DNA of 64,000 bases from Chiloscyllium plagiosum. Lineage: Eukaryota. Both the position numbers and the translations under genes were made by a program. Of the stretch, positions 61,062 to 64,000 are shown piece after piece (within the stretch, counting starts at the first letter, position 1; each line of letters opens with the position of its first letter). The DNA is taken from assembly GCF_004010195.1 (NCBI RefSeq), contig NC_057719.1:84164504-84228503 (forward strand), in the 5' to 3' direction. The notes beneath the pieces are model-generated. The model saw nothing but the letters and a program-made list of their open reading frames with translations. It was not told the origin of the DNA and did not search any database.

Positions 61062-63135
61062 GAGAATCCAGAGAAAATATATTCCTGTCAGGATGAAAGG
61101 AAAGGCTGTTAAAGTATAGGGAATGCTGGATGACTAAAGAAATTGAGGATTTGGTTAAGAAAAAGGAAGCATATGTAAAGTATAGACAGGATAGATCGAA
61201 CGATTCCTTAGAAGAGTATAAAGGAAGTAGGAGTATACTGAAGAGGGAAATCAGGAGGGCAAAAAGAGAACATGAGATAGCTTTGGCAAATAGAATTAAG
61301 GAGAATCCAAAGGATTTTTACAAATACATTAAGGACAAAAGGGTAACTAGGGAGAGAATAGGGCCCCTCAAAGATCAGCAAGGCAGGCTTTGTGTGGAGC
61401 TACAGAAAATGGGGGGAGATACTAAATGAGTATTTTGCATCAGTATTTACTGTGGAAAAGATATGGAAGATATAGACTGTAGGGAAATAGATGGTGACAT
61501 CTTGCAAAATGTCCAGATTACAGAGGAAGATGTGCTGGATGTCTTGAAACGGTTAAAGGTGGATAAATCCCCAGGACCTGATCAGGAGTACCAGAGAACT
61601 CTGTGCGAAGCTAGAGAAGTGATTGCTGGGCCTCTTGTAGAGATATTTGTATCATCAATAGTCACAGGAGAGATGCCGGAAGACTGGAGGTTGGCAAACG
61701 TGGTGCCACTGTTTAAGAAGGGTGGTAAGCACAAGCCAGAAAACTATAGACCAGTGAGCCTGAACTCGGTGGTGGGCAAGTTGTTGGAGGGAATCCTGAG
61801 GGACAGGATGTACATGTATTTGAAAGGCAAGGACTGATTAGGGATAGTCAACATAGCTTTGTGCATGGGGAATCATGTCTCACAAACTTGACTGAGTTTT
61901 TTTGAAGAAGTGACAAAGAGGATTGATGAGGGCAGAGCGGTAGATGTGATCTATATGGACTTCAGTAAGGCATTCGACAAGGTTCCCCATGGGAGACTGG
62001 TTAGCAAGGTTAGATCTCATGGAATACAGGGAGAACTAGCCATTTGGATACAGAACTGGCTCAAAGGCAGAAGACAGAGGGTGGTGGTGGAGGGTTGTTT
62101 TTCAGAGTGGAGGCCTGTGACCAGTGAAGTTCCACAAGGATCTGTGCTGGGTCCTCTACTTTTTGTCATTTACATAAATGATTTGGATGAGAGCATAAAG
62201 GTGGTACAGTTAGTAAGTTTGCAGATGACACCAAAATTGGAGGTGTAGTGGACAGCGAAGAGGGTTACCTCAGATTACAACAGGATATGGACCAGTTGGG
62301 GCAGTGGGCTGAGAAGTGGCAGATGGAGTTTAATTCAGATAAATGCGAGGTGCTGCATTTTGTGAAAGCAAATCTTATCAGGACTTATACACTTAATGGT
62401 AAGGTCCTAGGGAGTGTTGCTGAACAAAGAGACCTTGGAGTGCAGGTTCATAGCTCCTTGAAAGTGGCGTCGCAGGTAGATAGGATATTGAAGAAGGCAT
62501 TTGGTATGCTTTCCTTTATTGGTCAGAGTATTGAGTACAGGAGTTGGGAGGTCATGTTGCGGCTCTACAGGACATTGTTAGGCCACTGTTGGAATATAGC
62601 GTACAATTCTGGTCTCCTTCCTATCAGGAAGATATTGTGAAACTTGAAAGGGTTCAGAAAAGATTAACAAGGATGTTGCCAGGGTTGGAGGATTTGAGCT
62701 ATAGGGAGAGGCTGAACAGGCTGGAGCTGTTTTCCCTGGAGTGTCAGAGGCTGAGGGGTGACCTTATAGAGGTTTACAAAATGATGAGGGGCATGGATAG
62801 GATAAATAGACAAAGTCTTTTCCCTCGGGTTGGGGAGTCCAGAACTAGAGGGCATAGGTTTAGGGTGAGAGGGGAAAGATATAAAAGAGACCTAAGAGGC
62901 AACTTTTTCACACAGACCATGGTACGTGTACGGAATGAGCTGCCAGAGTAAGTGGTGGAGGCTGGTACAATTGCAACATTTAACAGGCATTTGGATGGGT
63001 ATATGAATAGGAAGGGTTTGGAGGGATATGGGCCGGGTGCTGGCAGGTGGGACTAGATTGGGTTGGGATATCTGGTCGGCATGGATGGGTTGGACCGAAG
63101 GGTCTGTTTCCATGCTGTACATCTCTATGATTCTA
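61062..63135 (+). mobile_element. Young 5'-truncated CR1/HER1-type LINE (about 2.1 kb) with frameshifted ORF2 RT
   Basis: Consecutive ORFs 61130-62951 with [36 protein letters not shown] and FADDTK (by frameshift). 3' UTR ends CTCTATGATTCTA. Confidence 0.96.
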
Positions 63136-63803
63136 AGTTGTCTTGAATATACAGTCACTTCCCCACAGCTACGAAGCAGCTGCAGAGACTGACAAATTAA
63201 TAGAGGAGAAACCAATATAAAATACATCACAATTCCTCTAACCAGCCGCAAATTTCCTTGAAGTTAGTGCCTCAGTAGTTCCCACATCAGATCTACTGGT
63301 ATATGTGACTCACTCCTGTCGCACTCCAATTCCAATTTTAACTTCATAAATATGGGAAATTTATTTCAATGCAGGGACTGAGACTTGCCCCAGTCTTTCA
63401 AACTCAGCAATTCCTGGTTAAAGAATAACAAGGATTAGCGTCCCCATTGCTGATTGGATCAACATAGCTGTTCGCGTCAGCAAGGTGGGTGAAAAATGGC
63501 AAATTACAAAAAAAAACTCAAACAACTTGACAACAGATCATCTTATTTTGAATTACAGTTCCTGAACAAACTTCCAGCATTGGGCCATGAATGAATACGG
63601 AGGTTCACCAGAGCAATTACTGTCTGAGAGAGATTCAGTCAATACTGGGTGGGATATGCAAGCATGCAGGGTTGAAATCAAACGCCAACCCTATTCAGTC
63701 TTGACCTGATGTACATATTGTGCTGTAAAATATGTTAGTGTTCAGATGAGCATTTCAATAATGGACAAGATTGGTGTGAAATGAGAGATTTCTTGAACAA
63801 TAC

Positions 63804-63920
63804 CTCAGTCAGGGTTCCACAGGCTAGTCCACCGTGAAGGACCTCGTCAAGTTTGGTCAGAGAGGTGGGGAAGAAAGCAATGGATGGTTTCGAACATCTT
63901 TCCGCTTTCATTTCAAGTGC
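63804..63920 (-). CDS. RAD51B: RAD51B coding exon (equivalent to human exon 4), ALEMKAERCSKPSIAFFPTSLTKLDEVLHGGLACGTLTE
   Basis: AG acceptor at 63922-63921, GT donor at 63803-63802, 117 nt, phase 0/0. RecA/RAD51-family LDxxLxGG motif. Size and sequence match my recollection of human RAD51B exon 4. Confidence 0.95.
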
Positions 63921-64000
63921 CTGACAAGAACACAAACAAATATTTACAAAGTGCACCTCACCAGTAACTTTGTAGCATTATCTGTCAATGAGTTAAACAA

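Noticed and set aside
61130..62951. Consecutive RT ORFs as a functional gene, retron or programmed-frameshift system
   Set aside because: An ordinary 5'-truncated CR1 ORF2 broken by indels and stop codons.

Overview
Vertebrate genomic DNA, almost certainly from a shark or other elasmobranch. This is inferred from HE1-type V-SINEs, DeuSINEs and HER1/CR1-type LINEs; the species cannot be fixed from sequence alone. The only supportable protein-coding content is four in-frame minus-strand exons of RAD51B (63920-63804, 59561-59425, 57330-57211, 43522-43339; 117/137/120/184 nt; Walker A GPSGCGKT, Walker B LIVVD). Positions 1-43338 appear to be the start of one very long intron. The rest is intronic and repeat-rich: CR1 LINE fragments, a second LINE family, several SINE families, a solo LTR and Penelope-like element (PLE) fragments. 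Nearly all ORFs in the supplied track are spurious or TE-derived. The most notable signal is a set of minimal type I hammerhead ribozyme motifs (CTGAnGA-stem II-GAAA-NN-TH) from at least four sequence families. Many sit in small fold-back insertions, most with target-site duplications (TSDs) of 11-16 bp and a recurrent unpaired tail of about 32-35 nt. PLE hammerheads and inverted PLE termini are known in general, so I cannot claim the system is new. The local details are worth checking: arm-to-arm shared variants, junctions at the predicted cleavage site, and three-family nesting beside an exon. All alignments were done by eye, so repeat boundaries are approximate unless a TSD is quoted.
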